A DNA stretch of 64,000 bases from IMG/VR virus record IMGVR_UViG_3300045747_000505. One strand, given 5' to 3'. Below, one piece after another: positions 54,308-64,000 of the stretch. Origin of the DNA: a virus (lineage: Duplodnaviria > Caudoviricetes). The notes under the pieces were generated by a model that was not told the DNA's origin, did no database searches, and saw only the letters and a program-made list of their open reading frames with translations. The position numbers were made by a program, and so were the translations under genes. Position 1 is the first letter of the stretch, and every line of letters begins with the position of its first letter.

Positions 54308-54990
54308 ATCCAGACGATGTCGAAGATGCTCCAGTTCAGCGAGTCGCCGGAGACTGGAGCGTCAATCGTTGCGCCAATCTGCACTATCACCTGAGATGGC
54401 ACAACGTTCGTCAGGGTTGCTGTCGCGATGGCTCCGGTAACCGTGGTGTAGGTGTTTGACCGAAGCACCATAGTTGTCCAGCTCGTGCCCGCGTTGATTG
54501 AGTACGAGATGAAAAAGGCGTTGATGAAGTTGCTGCCTGCACCAGACCCCGCCGAGGCGGTGTATCGAACGCTGAGCGTTCCAGATTGTGCCGTCGACCC
54601 AGCAAACGGGAATTGAACGTTGTTTGCCTGAGTGCCTTGAGTCGGGTCGCCAGCTATTGCCAGCGTAGCGGCGGTAGTGGAGTCCACCGATGCAGCCGTA
54701 GTATCGTATGCATTCGCCAAATTCGCAAACGTAGACAGCGTTGACGACTGTGTGATGCTCGATGACACCGGTCTAAGTGCCGCCGGCGTCTTCGTCATGC
54801 TACGAAACATCCCCATTCGAATAGGTGAGGCGGTGGTGGTTGGAATGGCGACGGTGTCGGTGGTTGAGGTCGCCTGATTAGCTGGGACAAAGGATCCGCC
54901 CTTCACATACTCTGACACAGCGATTGGATTGGTCCCGCCAAACTCTGTCTGAATGGCGGCCAGCGTCACGCCAGTGGCGGCGATTGTCAT
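54304..54990 (-). CDS. putative virion/tail-associated protein
   Basis: IQTEFGGTNPI.VSEY motif typical of genes next to tail fibres. Confidence 0.7.
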   Translation of the reverse strand: MTIAATGVTLAAIQTEFGGTNPIAVSEYVKGGSFVPANQATSTTDTVAIPTTTASPIRMGMFRSMTKTPAALRPVSSSITQSSTLSTFANLANAYDTTAASVDSTTAATLAIAGDPTQGTQANNVQFPFAGSTAQSGTLSVRYTASAGSGAGSNFINAFFISYSINAGTSWTTMVLRSNTYTTVTGAIATATLTNVVPSQVIVQIGATIDAPVSGDSLNWSIFDIVWI

Positions 54991-57518
54991 GCTTGCTCCT
55001 TAGCTTCCAGCATCGCGAGGCGTGCCTTCAGCTCGAGATTCTCTTGACGCAGCTCCTTGATCGCCTCGATCAGCAGACCAGCGAGGTTGCCGTAGTTGAC
55101 ACCCATCGTGCCGTTCTCTGGATCGATCGCGTCGCGAACCACAGCTTCTGGCAGCACCGCCTCGACCTCTTGAGCGATGACACCGGTTGAACGCTTGCCA
55201 CGCTCGAGGTCACCATTGTCAGTGCGCGTGTAGGTGACACCACGAATTCGGCAGACCTTGTCGAGAGCGTTCGGAATGACCTCGATGTTCGTCTTGATGC
55301 GCGCGTCAGAGAAGGCGGTGACATCGCCGTTCGAGTAGAGCGTACCGGCGGTGACCTGACCAGACACACCAACACCGCCAGTCACGACGAGCGTACCAGT
55401 GCCAGTTGTAGTTGACGCAGTGCCAGCCGTCATCGTCACCGCGCCTGAGGCAGCCAGCGTACCGATGCCAGCAACGTTGAGCGTTGCGGAGGCGCGGTTG
55501 ATGGCGACTGAGGTCGTGCCAAGGAAGAACGCCTGATCGCTCAGCGCCAGCGTACCAGTGGTTGCTGGCAGCGAGATGGTTGGCGTGCCTGCAACGGCGG
55601 TGGCTTGCAGCGTGGCTGTACCAGACGTGGCGCCAGGGAAGGCGACGCTTGAGATGCCAGTGAGCGCAAGGTTTGCCGTCGTGCGGTTGATCGCTACCGA
55701 GGTCGTGCCGATGAACATCGTTTGATTGTTCAGGGCGACCGTACCGGTGGTGGCAGGCAGCGTGATCGTCGTCGCGTCGGTACCAGCCAGCGTGATGCTG
55801 TTGTTGACCGTCAGCGTCTTGGTAGCGGCAACTGCCACTGCAGCGCTGTCAACAATCTCGTACCATGGCATCACCGTCGTGCCGAGGGTGGCGGTCGAGG
55901 AGATTGGGGCGTTGAAGATCTTGCCCGCGTTTGCTGTGCCTTCGTCCACCGACACCGTGGCGCCAGCGATCTCACCGATGGTGTCAGCGTCAAGAGCGCG
56001 CGTCCAGGCACCAGCGGCGACAACGTAGATGCCGTTGGTTGGTGTTGAGGCTTGATTCTTGACGAGCACACGGTCACCAGCCACGAGGACTACACCGTCA
56101 ACCGTTTGCGGAGCTGACAGGGTGATGGCGGCCGTAGTAGCAGCACGAACTGCCTTCTTGACCCAGGCGCCAGGCATGTTGTCAAGAGCGAGCGTCGTCC
56201 AAGCCGGCAGCGTGCCAGTTGAGACCAGCGCCTGACCTGCGGTGCCGACGGTCAACTTTGACAGGGCGGTGGTCGTAGAGGCGTAGAGCACGTCGCCAAC
56301 GGCGTAGACGGTTTGTCCAGTGCCGCCAGTCGTGGCGACCACGGTCCCAGTGACGTTCGACGCAGTGCCAGTGGTGTTCTGATTGAGCGTTGGGAAGTCA
56401 GCAGCAACAGCAATCGTCAGCGCACCAGTTGTCGTGGTGCTCTTGAGAATGCCAGTGACGAGCGCTGAGGTGCCGGCCGAGTAGTCGGTGCCAGCGACTG
56501 CAATGGTGTGCGCGCCAGTTGTCGTCGTGTTCTTCAGCAGACCGGTGGCGAGAGCCGTCGTTGGTTCAGCGTAGTCGGTGCGAACCGTGGCAATCGTGTG
56601 GGCGCCGGTTGTGACAGTGTTCTTCAACAGACCAGTGGCAAGACCCGTCGTTGGTTCTGCGTAGTCAGTACGAACCGTGGCAGCGCTGATCGCGGTGCCA
56701 TTGCCCTTCAGCAGACCAGTGATGGTCGTTGTCAGCGTGATGGCTGGTGTCGAAGTGGCGGTAGCGACGGTGCCAGCGAAGCCATTGGCAGAGACGACAG
56801 ACGCTGAAGTCACGGTACCAGCTGCTACTGTCGTCCATGTTGGTGGCGCATTGCCAGCCGACGTCAACACCTGGCCTGAGGTGCCGTAGCCAGTGCCGCT
56901 GGATCCGAACGAGACGCCACCAAGCGCCGTAACTCGAATTCTTTCTGTGGCGGCGGTGTAGAATACCAGAGGCAGCGACAGTGCGCCCTCCATAAAGGCA
57001 CCAGTAGCGTCAACCCCGAAATAGGCATTGCCCACCGTGTTTTGGGCATTGAAGAATGCATCTGCCGTGCTGTTGGAGTTCTCAACTCGAATGTCGACAG
57101 TGCCTTGTTGGCGGACGTGTACTCGGCTTAGAGCGGTGACACCTTGGCCTACAGTGATATTTCCAGCCTCAGTGATGCACATGCGTTCCGTCACGCTGGC
57201 ACCCAAAGTATTCGGGGTCGTAAAAAACTTCATGCGGGCTGGGGTCGTTGAAACGTCAATGCCTGCGATGGTCCAGTTAGAGGTTGGCGTTACCTCAATT
57301 GCCGCCCCAGGGTAAATGCTATAGCCGAATTGAATTTGTCCGATACCGCCAGCCGTCGTTGGTGCCGCAGCTGTCTGTAGCACGCACCCGCCACCAAGTG
57401 GGCCAATGTTGATGAGGTTAACACCAAGCGTGCTCTGATATCCTCCACCCATCGTAGCAATGATTTCGCCGCCTGAAGTGATGCCGTTTTTGACTTTGAA
57501 GTCGAGATTTGTAGCCAT
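54987..57518 (-). CDS. tail fibre with C-terminal peptidase S74 intramolecular chaperone
   Basis: SDARIKTNI..ALDKV..IRGVTY, GVIAQEVE..PEAV, VNYGNL.GLLIEAIKEL. Confidence 0.9.
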   Translation of the reverse strand: MATNLDFKVKNGITSGGEIIATMGGGYQSTLGVNLINIGPLGGGCVLQTAAAPTTAGGIGQIQFGYSIYPGAAIEVTPTSNWTIAGIDVSTTPARMKFFTTPNTLGASVTERMCITEAGNITVGQGVTALSRVHVRQQGTVDIRVENSNSTADAFFNAQNTVGNAYFGVDATGAFMEGALSLPLVFYTAATERIRVTALGGVSFGSSGTGYGTSGQVLTSAGNAPPTWTTVAAGTVTSASVVSANGFAGTVATATSTPAITLTTTITGLLKGNGTAISAATVRTDYAEPTTGLATGLLKNTVTTGAHTIATVRTDYAEPTTALATGLLKNTTTTGAHTIAVAGTDYSAGTSALVTGILKSTTTTGALTIAVAADFPTLNQNTTGTASNVTGTVVATTGGTGQTVYAVGDVLYASTTTALSKLTVGTAGQALVSTGTLPAWTTLALDNMPGAWVKKAVRAATTAAITLSAPQTVDGVVLVAGDRVLVKNQASTPTNGIYVVAAGAWTRALDADTIGEIAGATVSVDEGTANAGKIFNAPISSTATLGTTVMPWYEIVDSAAVAVAATKTLTVNNSITLAGTDATTITLPATTGTVALNNQTMFIGTTSVAINRTTANLALTGISSVAFPGATSGTATLQATAVAGTPTISLPATTGTLALSDQAFFLGTTSVAINRASATLNVAGIGTLAASGAVTMTAGTASTTTGTGTLVVTGGVGVSGQVTAGTLYSNGDVTAFSDARIKTNIEVIPNALDKVCRIRGVTYTRTDNGDLERGKRSTGVIAQEVEAVLPEAVVRDAIDPENGTMGVNYGNLAGLLIEAIKELRQENLELKARLAMLEAKEQA

Positions 57519-57548
57519 TTGAGTTCCCTATCCCTCTAGTGGTGAATG

Positions 57549-60500
57549 TTAGACTGTCAGCGAGGTCGCATAGACCTTCACAGACTTCGTGGTAGCAGCT
57601 GTTGCAGTGAACTGCAGGTTGAGCGTGCCGGTCGTGATTGAAGCGTCGAACGTACCGAGCGCGCCGTTGGTGCTGACCTCAGCATACTCGGTCTTGAAGA
57701 CCGTTGTGCCGTTGTGAATGACCAGAATCTCGACGGCGTGGTACTGCGAGTTCGTCGTGTCAGTGACCTGAACGAGGAACTTGGCAGTGCGATACGCTGC
57801 GGCGGTGAATGAGGCAATGGTTGTCGCCGTCGTTGTCGTGACTGCTGTCGTCGCGGTGTCAAGCAGCGCAACTGAGTCGATGGTCACTGATGACGGCGTC
57901 AGCGCGCTGGTGCCGAGGGCACCAGCGACGTCGGCTGCGACAACTGGAGTGTTGCCAGCAACACGACCGTAGGCGTCAAGCACAATCTTCGAGAACGTCT
58001 TGCCAGTGGTGAGGACGTCTTGCGTTACTGTCGCCAAGTCGATGTTGTCAGCGTTGACAACGATGCGAGCAGTGGAGGCGGTGCCAACGGCAACACCGTT
58101 ACCGCTCACCACAAGACCAGCACCAGCTTGAAGCGCAGCGATGGTCATGAACTGAGTGAACGCCATGGCGTCGGTGCCAACCGTTGTGATGGCAGCAGTC
58201 TGCGTCCAGCAGGTGTCGGCGTTCGTTGTGCCTTCTTCAACCATCAGCGCTGCCGAGTTGACCTCGTCAAGTGGTGAGACGCTGTCGAAGTCGGTAGCGC
58301 GGACCCAAGCAGCGGCAGCAACAATGTAGACGCCGTTCTGCGAAGCGGTCGTTTGATTCTTGACCAGGACACGGTCACCTGCAATGACAGCGATGCCGTC
58401 AATCGTTTGCGGTGCGCTCAGCGTGATGTTGGCGGTTGTCGCAGCACGAGCCGGAGCCTTCCACGACAGACCGAGAATGGCGTTGTCGACGTAGCCCTTG
58501 GTTGCCAGGTGCGTGGTGAGCGTTGGTGTAGCGCCGATGACGTTGCCAGTGAAGGTCGCAAGACCGGTGCTGTCGATGCGCAGGCGCTCAGTTGGCTCCG
58601 CCGCACCAGCCGCCGTTGTGCTGAACACAAGGCGACCAGGCATGATGTTGGCGCCAACGGTACCTTCGCAGACGCCAACGATTTCAGCGGCCTTCGTGCG
58701 AATGTCTGTGCCGTCGGCACCAGAGAAGGCGATGCCGCCGAGCGTCATACCGGTCGTCACGAGCGTGACAGCACCGTCTGAAGCGCCGTTGGTGCGGGCG
58801 AGATTGATCGACGCGCCGAGCGTTGCAGACACGTTGTCATTGCGGACGATCGTGATGCCTGAGTACTGATTGGCCGTTGAGGTCTCGATGTTCAGCGCGT
58901 TGATCGAACCAGCGGTGCTGCCACCAGCGACCTCGATTGCGCGTGGAGCCAGATCGCTGGCACTGCCGAGCATCACAAGGCCGACGCCGGTGATGCGCAT
59001 CTTCTCAGAAGCAGCCGCTGCGGAGGTCGTCGAGAACGCCATATCGCCAGTAGCATTGCCAGTCGTGACAGCGCCAGTAGCGACGACGTTGATGCCACCC
59101 AGCGTGACGCCTGCGCCGCCGTTGGTTGCCGTTGCGAAGTTCAACGAGACGCCAGTACCAACGAGATTGCCAAGGTTCTGCAACACTGCGAGAGTTGCAG
59201 ATGCGCCATTGCTTGTCGTCGAGACAAGCAGCTTTTCGCTGCCCGTTGGAGCTGTTGCTGATGGGCTGATGACGAGCGAACCGCCAGAGGTGAAGACACC
59301 AAGGTTGTTCGTACCGTTGCGGAACACCATCAAGTTGGTGAACGTTGCCGACGTTGAACCGCCGAGCTGAATGTTCGGACCATCGTTGATACCATTGCCA
59401 CCAGAGATTGACAGATAACCAGCGGTCGAGTTGCGAGCGATGGTCGTGTTGCCAGAGCGCGTGAGCGTGATGTGCCCACCGAATGTTGTGTCTTGTGCGA
59501 CGGTCATAGCGCCAGCACCGTCGATGCGCAGGCGTTCAGTGTTGTTCGTCAGCAGCACGAGCGGTGCGTTGCGAATGACATTCAGAAACACGCCACTTGG
59601 GTCTGGCGAGTGCGTGCTGCTGTGATGGTACAGCACTGCGCCTTGAGTGACGGCAGTGCCATCGTACGACATCAGCTCCATACCGCTGAGGACGTCGGTG
59701 CCAACGGTGGCAGTTGATGTTGCGCGGTAGATAGCGCGAGTGCTGCTGAACAGCTCGATTGGACGAGCCAGTGTGCTGCTGCCACCGCCGACGCCGAAGA
59801 GACCAGCGCTGTCAATGCGAGCCCGCTCACTACCATTCGTGTAGAATGTCAGTGCATTGGCGCCAGACACGAACAACGCAGCTGTACCGGCAAGGGTATT
59901 GCCAGTACCACGCATCACGAGACCGGCGGTGTCAGTACCATTCGATGCCACGAGACGAGCGTCGGCGCTGGTGCCAGTGTGTGCATTCGTGATTTGAATA
60001 GCTGAGAGAGCATTGCCGGACTTGGTGACATCGAGGGCCTGCGCTGGCGTCATACCGATACCGATGAGACCAGCACCATCAATGCGCATGCGCTCGACAG
60101 CTGCGGTCGAGAATCGCATCGGCATTGCAGCCTGCGAAGAAATCAGGTGCAGACCGGTTGACGTTGCGCTTGCGCGAATAAAGGCTTCGCTTGCATCACC
60201 ATAGCTTGAACCGCCAGCGTACGTCGAGCTGTTCGAGCCAATGTGCAAGCTGCTTACGTCAGAGGTGACTGCAACCAACGATTGCGCTGTCGTGCCAGCA
60301 TTCGAGTTCGCGAAGGCAGCAAGCGAAGTGAGCGCATTAGCACTGTCGGCAACCGTGAACTTTGCGGCAATGACAGGTCCAGTCGCGCCAATCATCACTT
60401 GACCGGTGCTGTTGATGCGCATCTTTTCGCTAGTGCCAATCTGGAATCGAATACCAGTTGAAGCGCTATCGGCGTTGAGAACGAGACCGCCCGACAGGCC

Positions 60501-63500
60501 AGATGCCGTGTTGATGATACCAGAGTCAGCCCAACCAGCGATTGCGGTATAGCCAGCGCTGACTGCTAGCATGCCAATCGAGTCAGCGACCGTGGCACCG
60601 CTGCGAGCGTAGATGCCAGCACGAGCAGCGGTGCCGCTGGTGATGTTGGTAGCGTAGAGATCCGTTGAAGCGTTCTGATCGACACGAATGTCGAGTGGAC
60701 CCGTCATCGTGTCACCTGCCTTGGCAACGTAGGTGCCGCCGATGACTGATGAGTGGTTCAGGTCCGTGAGGACCTTCTGCCAAGCAGACCAAGTTTCAAC
60801 ATTCGGCGTGCCAGAGGTCCAGGTTGTGATCTTGCGGAAGTAGAGGTCTGTATTGGCTGAAGCGCTAGAAGAGTAGATTTGAAATGTGCCAAGATCTGAG
60901 CTAGATCCCGACGATGAGCGACGGGCTTCGATCGCGAGGCCGGCAGTAGACTGGAAGTTTGTCGAGCCGGTCGTGTTGGTCAACAACAGCAGACCAGGAT
61001 TACGCTCAGTGTTCGCGTCAGCCACCGCGAAGGCGTTGATCGAGCCAGTGAGCGATGTGCCCGTGATGGTGCCACCGGCATTGATAGTGCCGACGGTCGT
61101 GACGTTGCCAGAAGCAGCCAGCACCTTGAAGGTGTTGGTAGTGGTGCCTGGGCTGTAGATGTAGAAGCCAGAGTTCAACGAGGTGCCAGTCGAACCACGG
61201 AACATGCGAATGATGGACTCGTCGGCAGATGTGGCTGGGAATGCGTCAAGGTCAATGAACGCCTGCGTGCCGTTCTGATAGCCCTCGATCGAGGCGCCAC
61301 CAGTTGATGACGCTGGGCCGAAGACACCGTAGCCACCGGCAGTGATCGACGTGGTGCGAATGTTGCCAACGACTTCGAGCTGGTCAGCTGGCGTTGCTGA
61401 GCCAGTGTTGATGCCAACGGTACCAGCAGCGCTGATGCGCATGCGTTCAACCGCAGCAGTGCCAGAGGTGACGCTCGTGTTCGTTGCGAAGGTGATGAAG
61501 CCGTCGTTGGCATTGTTACCACGATAGAACGCAATCTCAGACGAGGTGCCAGTCGGATCGTAGTTGAAGCGATTCATCGTGATCGCGCCAATCTTCGAAG
61601 CCGCGCTGCTGTGATCACCCTTGAATACAAAGGATGCTGGAATACCGAGAACCTGCTGAAGGATTGTTTGCGCACCCTCGACGCGCAGCTTCTCAGTGCC
61701 GTTGATCTGCAGCGAGATTGGCGTCGTGGCCGCACCCGTCAGAATCTCAAGGCTGTTCTGACGGCTAGTTGGACCAGTCGCGAACGTGGAGCCGATGTAC
61801 TGAATCTGGCCGTATGAAGTGTCAGTGTCATTGTTGACACGAATGGTCGAGTTCGATGCTGTGCCAGCGGTGATTGCCTGAATGCGCACGTTGGCGATGG
61901 CTGTGCCACCAACGCCAAGATTGCCAGCGCTGTCGATGCGAGCGCGTTCGGTACCGCCAGTGCTGAGCGCCAGCGTGTTGACCGTGCTGGCATTCGAGAT
62001 GCCGAAGGTAGCTGGGACGACTGAGCCACTTGGGACGGTGCCAGCGTCGAGCGTCAGCGTGGCGACGCCGGAGTGATTGGCTTCGACCTTGACGTAGTAT
62101 GTAACAGAGTTTGCAGAGTGACCGAAGCGCAGGTACGGCGTACCAGTGGTGTTGTCGTAGTACCAGATCGCCGTGAAGGTACCGATTCCGCTGGTGTTTG
62201 AGTTGTCGATGACGCGGTCGACTGTGAAGTAGGCATTCGCACCGGTGGCGTCACCAGAGCGTGACACGTGATACTCGATGGCAACGTGATTGACACCAGA
62301 CACGTCGTTGACGTTGCGACCCATCACCACACGAACGACGGCGTTGTAGTTGATGCCAGCGACTGGAGCTGGGAGCGTCAGCAGCGCGCGCTTGCCAGCG
62401 ACGGCATCAGCGTTGACCAGCGCTTGAGAGAACGTCTGCTCTGTCCAAAGACCCATCGTGATGGCGCCGGTGCTGCTGATGCGCATGCGCTCAACTGGGG
62501 CGATGGTGCCGTCAGCAGAGGTTGCGAACACCAGGCGACCTGGCATGTCAGCGACACCAGGAGTGCCGTCAACGAAGGCGGTAATGCTTGCAGCTTCGCC
62601 GATGTTCGTGACGCCATCGGCACCAGCAAACTTGATGGAGCCAAGAGCGTCATCGGCTTGCACGATGGTAACTGCACCAGCGGTCGTGCCACGTGACTTG
62701 CCAAGCGACAGCACAGGCTGATTGGCGTCAGCGGTGTTACGCATGAGCGACAGACCTACGTTCGAACCACCCTCGATCTGAACGAGACGAGTGCCACCAG
62801 CTACAGACTGCGCAGTCGTGGTGCCAATCAGCAGCTGACCAGCGTTGGCGATGCGCATCTTCTCGGTGGCGCCCGTCTGGAAAGTCAGATTGCCGGAATT
62901 GGTGGTGAAGAGCGTCGTGTTGTTGACGTTCGTGTGGCCGGTGCCATAGAGAATGAGACCGGCTGTGTCAGCGCTGTTCTTCAGCTCAAGACGCGCGTCG
63001 GCGCCAGCTGCAGTGCTGGCGTTGAGCAGCGAAATCTTCGAGGAGGCACCCTGCGTCTTGGTGATGTCAAGCGCGTTGACTGCGGTCATTCCGATACCGA
63101 GACCAGTGGTCGACAACATGGCCATCGTAGTGCCGTTGTTGGCGAACTGCATTGACGAGATCGTGGCGTCGACGCTGCCAACGTACATCACGTCAGAGGC
63201 GTTGATGCCAACCATTCGGGTGCTGGTGCCAGCAGCGATCTTCGAACGCAGATAGACGGCGTTGTCGAGAATCAGGTCGCCAGACATCGTGTCGCCGGTG
63301 ACGTTGACGTAGGTGCTGTCAAGTGCGGTGCCGAGAGCGGTAGTGATGTCGGCGGCCGTGACAGCCGAGGTGGCGGTGACGCGACCCCAGTTGTCGGTTG
63401 TGATGCGCTTGAATGAGTCGCTGACGGCGGTGCCGACGGTAGCGAGGTCGATGTCATCAACGTTGACGACGATGCGACCGACGTTGGCGGTGTTGACACG

Positions 63501-64000
63501 GAAGTCGTTGCCAACGAGCGTCATGCCCGTGCCAGCGGTGTATGAGCCAGCGCCAGAGAATTGAACGAAGCCCATTGCGTCCGTGCCGACGGTGGTGATG
63601 GCGTTGATCTGTGTCCAGCCAGTGTCAGCGAGCGTCGAACCAAACGAGACGAACACGGCGGCGGAGTTGACCTCGTCGATTGGTGAGGTTTCATCGAAGT
63701 CAGTGGCGCGTGACCAGAGACCAGTGCTGTTGACGACGTAGACGCCATTCTCGGTTGCGGTGGTCTGGCTCTTGACGAGGACGCGGTCATTGTTGACAAC
63801 GGCAACACCGTCGATGGTCATCGTGCCAGTGAGCGAGATGTTGCCCGTCGTGGCAACGCGAGCTGGGTGCTTCCAAGTCAGACCTGCAAGCGCGTTGTCA
63901 ACGTAGCCCTTGGTTGTGAAGTGAGACGCGGTGGTAGGCGTCACGCCAGTGACCGCGTTGTTGAACGCCCAAGTGCCAGTGATCGTCTCGTTGGCGCTGA
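57549..64000 (-). CDS. long tail fibre / repeat-rich virion protein (5'-truncated; frame open to window end)
   Basis: Repeated GLxWK..ARxATT..DRVLVK.QT..NGVY modules and E(R/K)MRI..G repeats. Confidence 0.85.
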   Translation of the reverse strand, partial: SANETITGTWAFNNAVTGVTPTTASHFTTKGYVDNALAGLTWKHPARVATTGNISLTGTMTIDGVAVVNNDRVLVKSQTTATENGVYVVNSTGLWSRATDFDETSPIDEVNSAAVFVSFGSTLADTGWTQINAITTVGTDAMGFVQFSGAGSYTAGTGMTLVGNDFRVNTANVGRIVVNVDDIDLATVGTAVSDSFKRITTDNWGRVTATSAVTAADITTALGTALDSTYVNVTGDTMSGDLILDNAVYLRSKIAAGTSTRMVGINASDVMYVGSVDATISSMQFANNGTTMAMLSTTGLGIGMTAVNALDITKTQGASSKISLLNASTAAGADARLELKNSADTAGLILYGTGHTNVNNTTLFTTNSGNLTFQTGATEKMRIANAGQLLIGTTTAQSVAGGTRLVQIEGGSNVGLSLMRNTADANQPVLSLGKSRGTTAGAVTIVQADDALGSIKFAGADGVTNIGEAASITAFVDGTPGVADMPGRLVFATSADGTIAPVERMRISSTGAITMGLWTEQTFSQALVNADAVAGKRALLTLPAPVAGINYNAVVRVVMGRNVNDVSGVNHVAIEYHVSRSGDATGANAYFTVDRVIDNSNTSGIGTFTAIWYYDNTTGTPYLRFGHSANSVTYYVKVEANHSGVATLTLDAGTVPSGSVVPATFGISNASTVNTLALSTGGTERARIDSAGNLGVGGTAIANVRIQAITAGTASNSTIRVNNDTDTSYGQIQYIGSTFATGPTSRQNSLEILTGAATTPISLQINGTEKLRVEGAQTILQQVLGIPASFVFKGDHSSAASKIGAITMNRFNYDPTGTSSEIAFYRGNNANDGFITFATNTSVTSGTAAVERMRISAAGTVGINTGSATPADQLEVVGNIRTTSITAGGYGVFGPASSTGGASIEGYQNGTQAFIDLDAFPATSADESIIRMFRGSTGTSLNSGFYIYSPGTTTNTFKVLAASGNVTTVGTINAGGTITGTSLTGSINAFAVADANTERNPGLLLLTNTTGSTNFQSTAGLAIEARRSSSGSSSDLGTFQIYSSSASANTDLYFRKITTWTSGTPNVETWSAWQKVLTDLNHSSVIGGTYVAKAGDTMTGPLDIRVDQNASTDLYATNITSGTAARAGIYARSGATVADSIGMLAVSAGYTAIAGWADSGIINTASGLSGGLVLNADSASTGIRFQIGTSEKMRINSTGQVMIGATGPVIAAKFTVADSANALTSLAAFANSNAGTTAQSLVAVTSDVSSLHIGSNSSTYAGGSSYGDASEAFIRASATSTGLHLISSQAAMPMRFSTAAVERMRIDGAGLIGIGMTPAQALDVTKSGNALSAIQITNAHTGTSADARLVASNGTDTAGLVMRGTGNTLAGTAALFVSGANALTFYTNGSERARIDSAGLFGVGGGSSTLARPIELFSSTRAIYRATSTATVGTDVLSGMELMSYDGTAVTQGAVLYHHSSTHSPDPSGVFLNVIRNAPLVLLTNNTERLRIDGAGAMTVAQDTTFGGHITLTRSGNTTIARNSTAGYLSISGGNGINDGPNIQLGGSTSATFTNLMVFRNGTNNLGVFTSGGSLVISPSATAPTGSEKLLVSTTSNGASATLAVLQNLGNLVGTGVSLNFATATNGGAGVTLGGINVVATGAVTTGNATGDMAFSTTSAAAASEKMRITGVGLVMLGSASDLAPRAIEVAGGSTAGSINALNIETSTANQYSGITIVRNDNVSATLGASINLARTNGASDGAVTLVTTGMTLGGIAFSGADGTDIRTKAAEIVGVCEGTVGANIMPGRLVFSTTAAGAAEPTERLRIDSTGLATFTGNVIGATPTLTTHLATKGYVDNAILGLSWKAPARAATTANITLSAPQTIDGIAVIAGDRVLVKNQTTASQNGVYIVAAAAWVRATDFDSVSPLDEVNSAALMVEEGTTNADTCWTQTAAITTVGTDAMAFTQFMTIAALQAGAGLVVSGNGVAVGTASTARIVVNADNIDLATVTQDVLTTGKTFSKIVLDAYGRVAGNTPVVAADVAGALGTSALTPSSVTIDSVALLDTATTAVTTTTATTIASFTAAAYRTAKFLVQVTDTTNSQYHAVEILVIHNGTTVFKTEYAEVSTNGALGTFDASITTGTLNLQFTATAATTKSVKVYATSLTV

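Overview
This is a 64-kb segment of a large, GC-rich, T4-like/jumbo myophage genome. The host is probably a Burkholderiales-type betaproteobacterium, inferred from the envelope genes it carries. The layout, left to right, is as follows. (1) 1-17.7 kb: accessory genes, including Hsp20 with a ROSE-like leader, an HD hydrolase, an ABC-type solute-binding protein, a U32-family protein, an outer-membrane barrel, an S53 protease lipoprotein, an HNH-RNA ligase, MazG, NUDIX and putative internal head proteins. (2) 18-26 kb: an array of about 27 tRNA/tRNA-like genes with two Seg-like homing endonucleases, a leader-peptide/attenuator-like head and Y-RNA-like elements. (3) 26-30 kb: a PEP-CTERM protein, an AMIN-TPR-beta-barrel porin and two multiheme c-type cytochromes. 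(4) 30-39.7 kb: saccharopine dehydrogenase, NUDIX, HNH, homing endonucleases and Ro60/TROVE with an upstream structured RNA. (5) 39.9-48 kb: many small early genes behind a conserved GTTACAC-box/TATAAT promoter, including a pilin-like protein, a (p)ppGpp hydrolase-like HD protein, DHFR and a bactofilin. (6) 48-54.3 kb: a PrkA/YeaG-YeaH-SpoVR-DUF3135 operon. (7) 54.3-64 kb: minus-strand tail fibre genes, truncated at the window end. The two most striking candidate systems are a phage-borne porin-multiheme-cytochrome module and a phage Ro60 plus multi-copy Y-RNA-like/tRNA-repair system. All calls come from motif reading by eye; no database searches were run.
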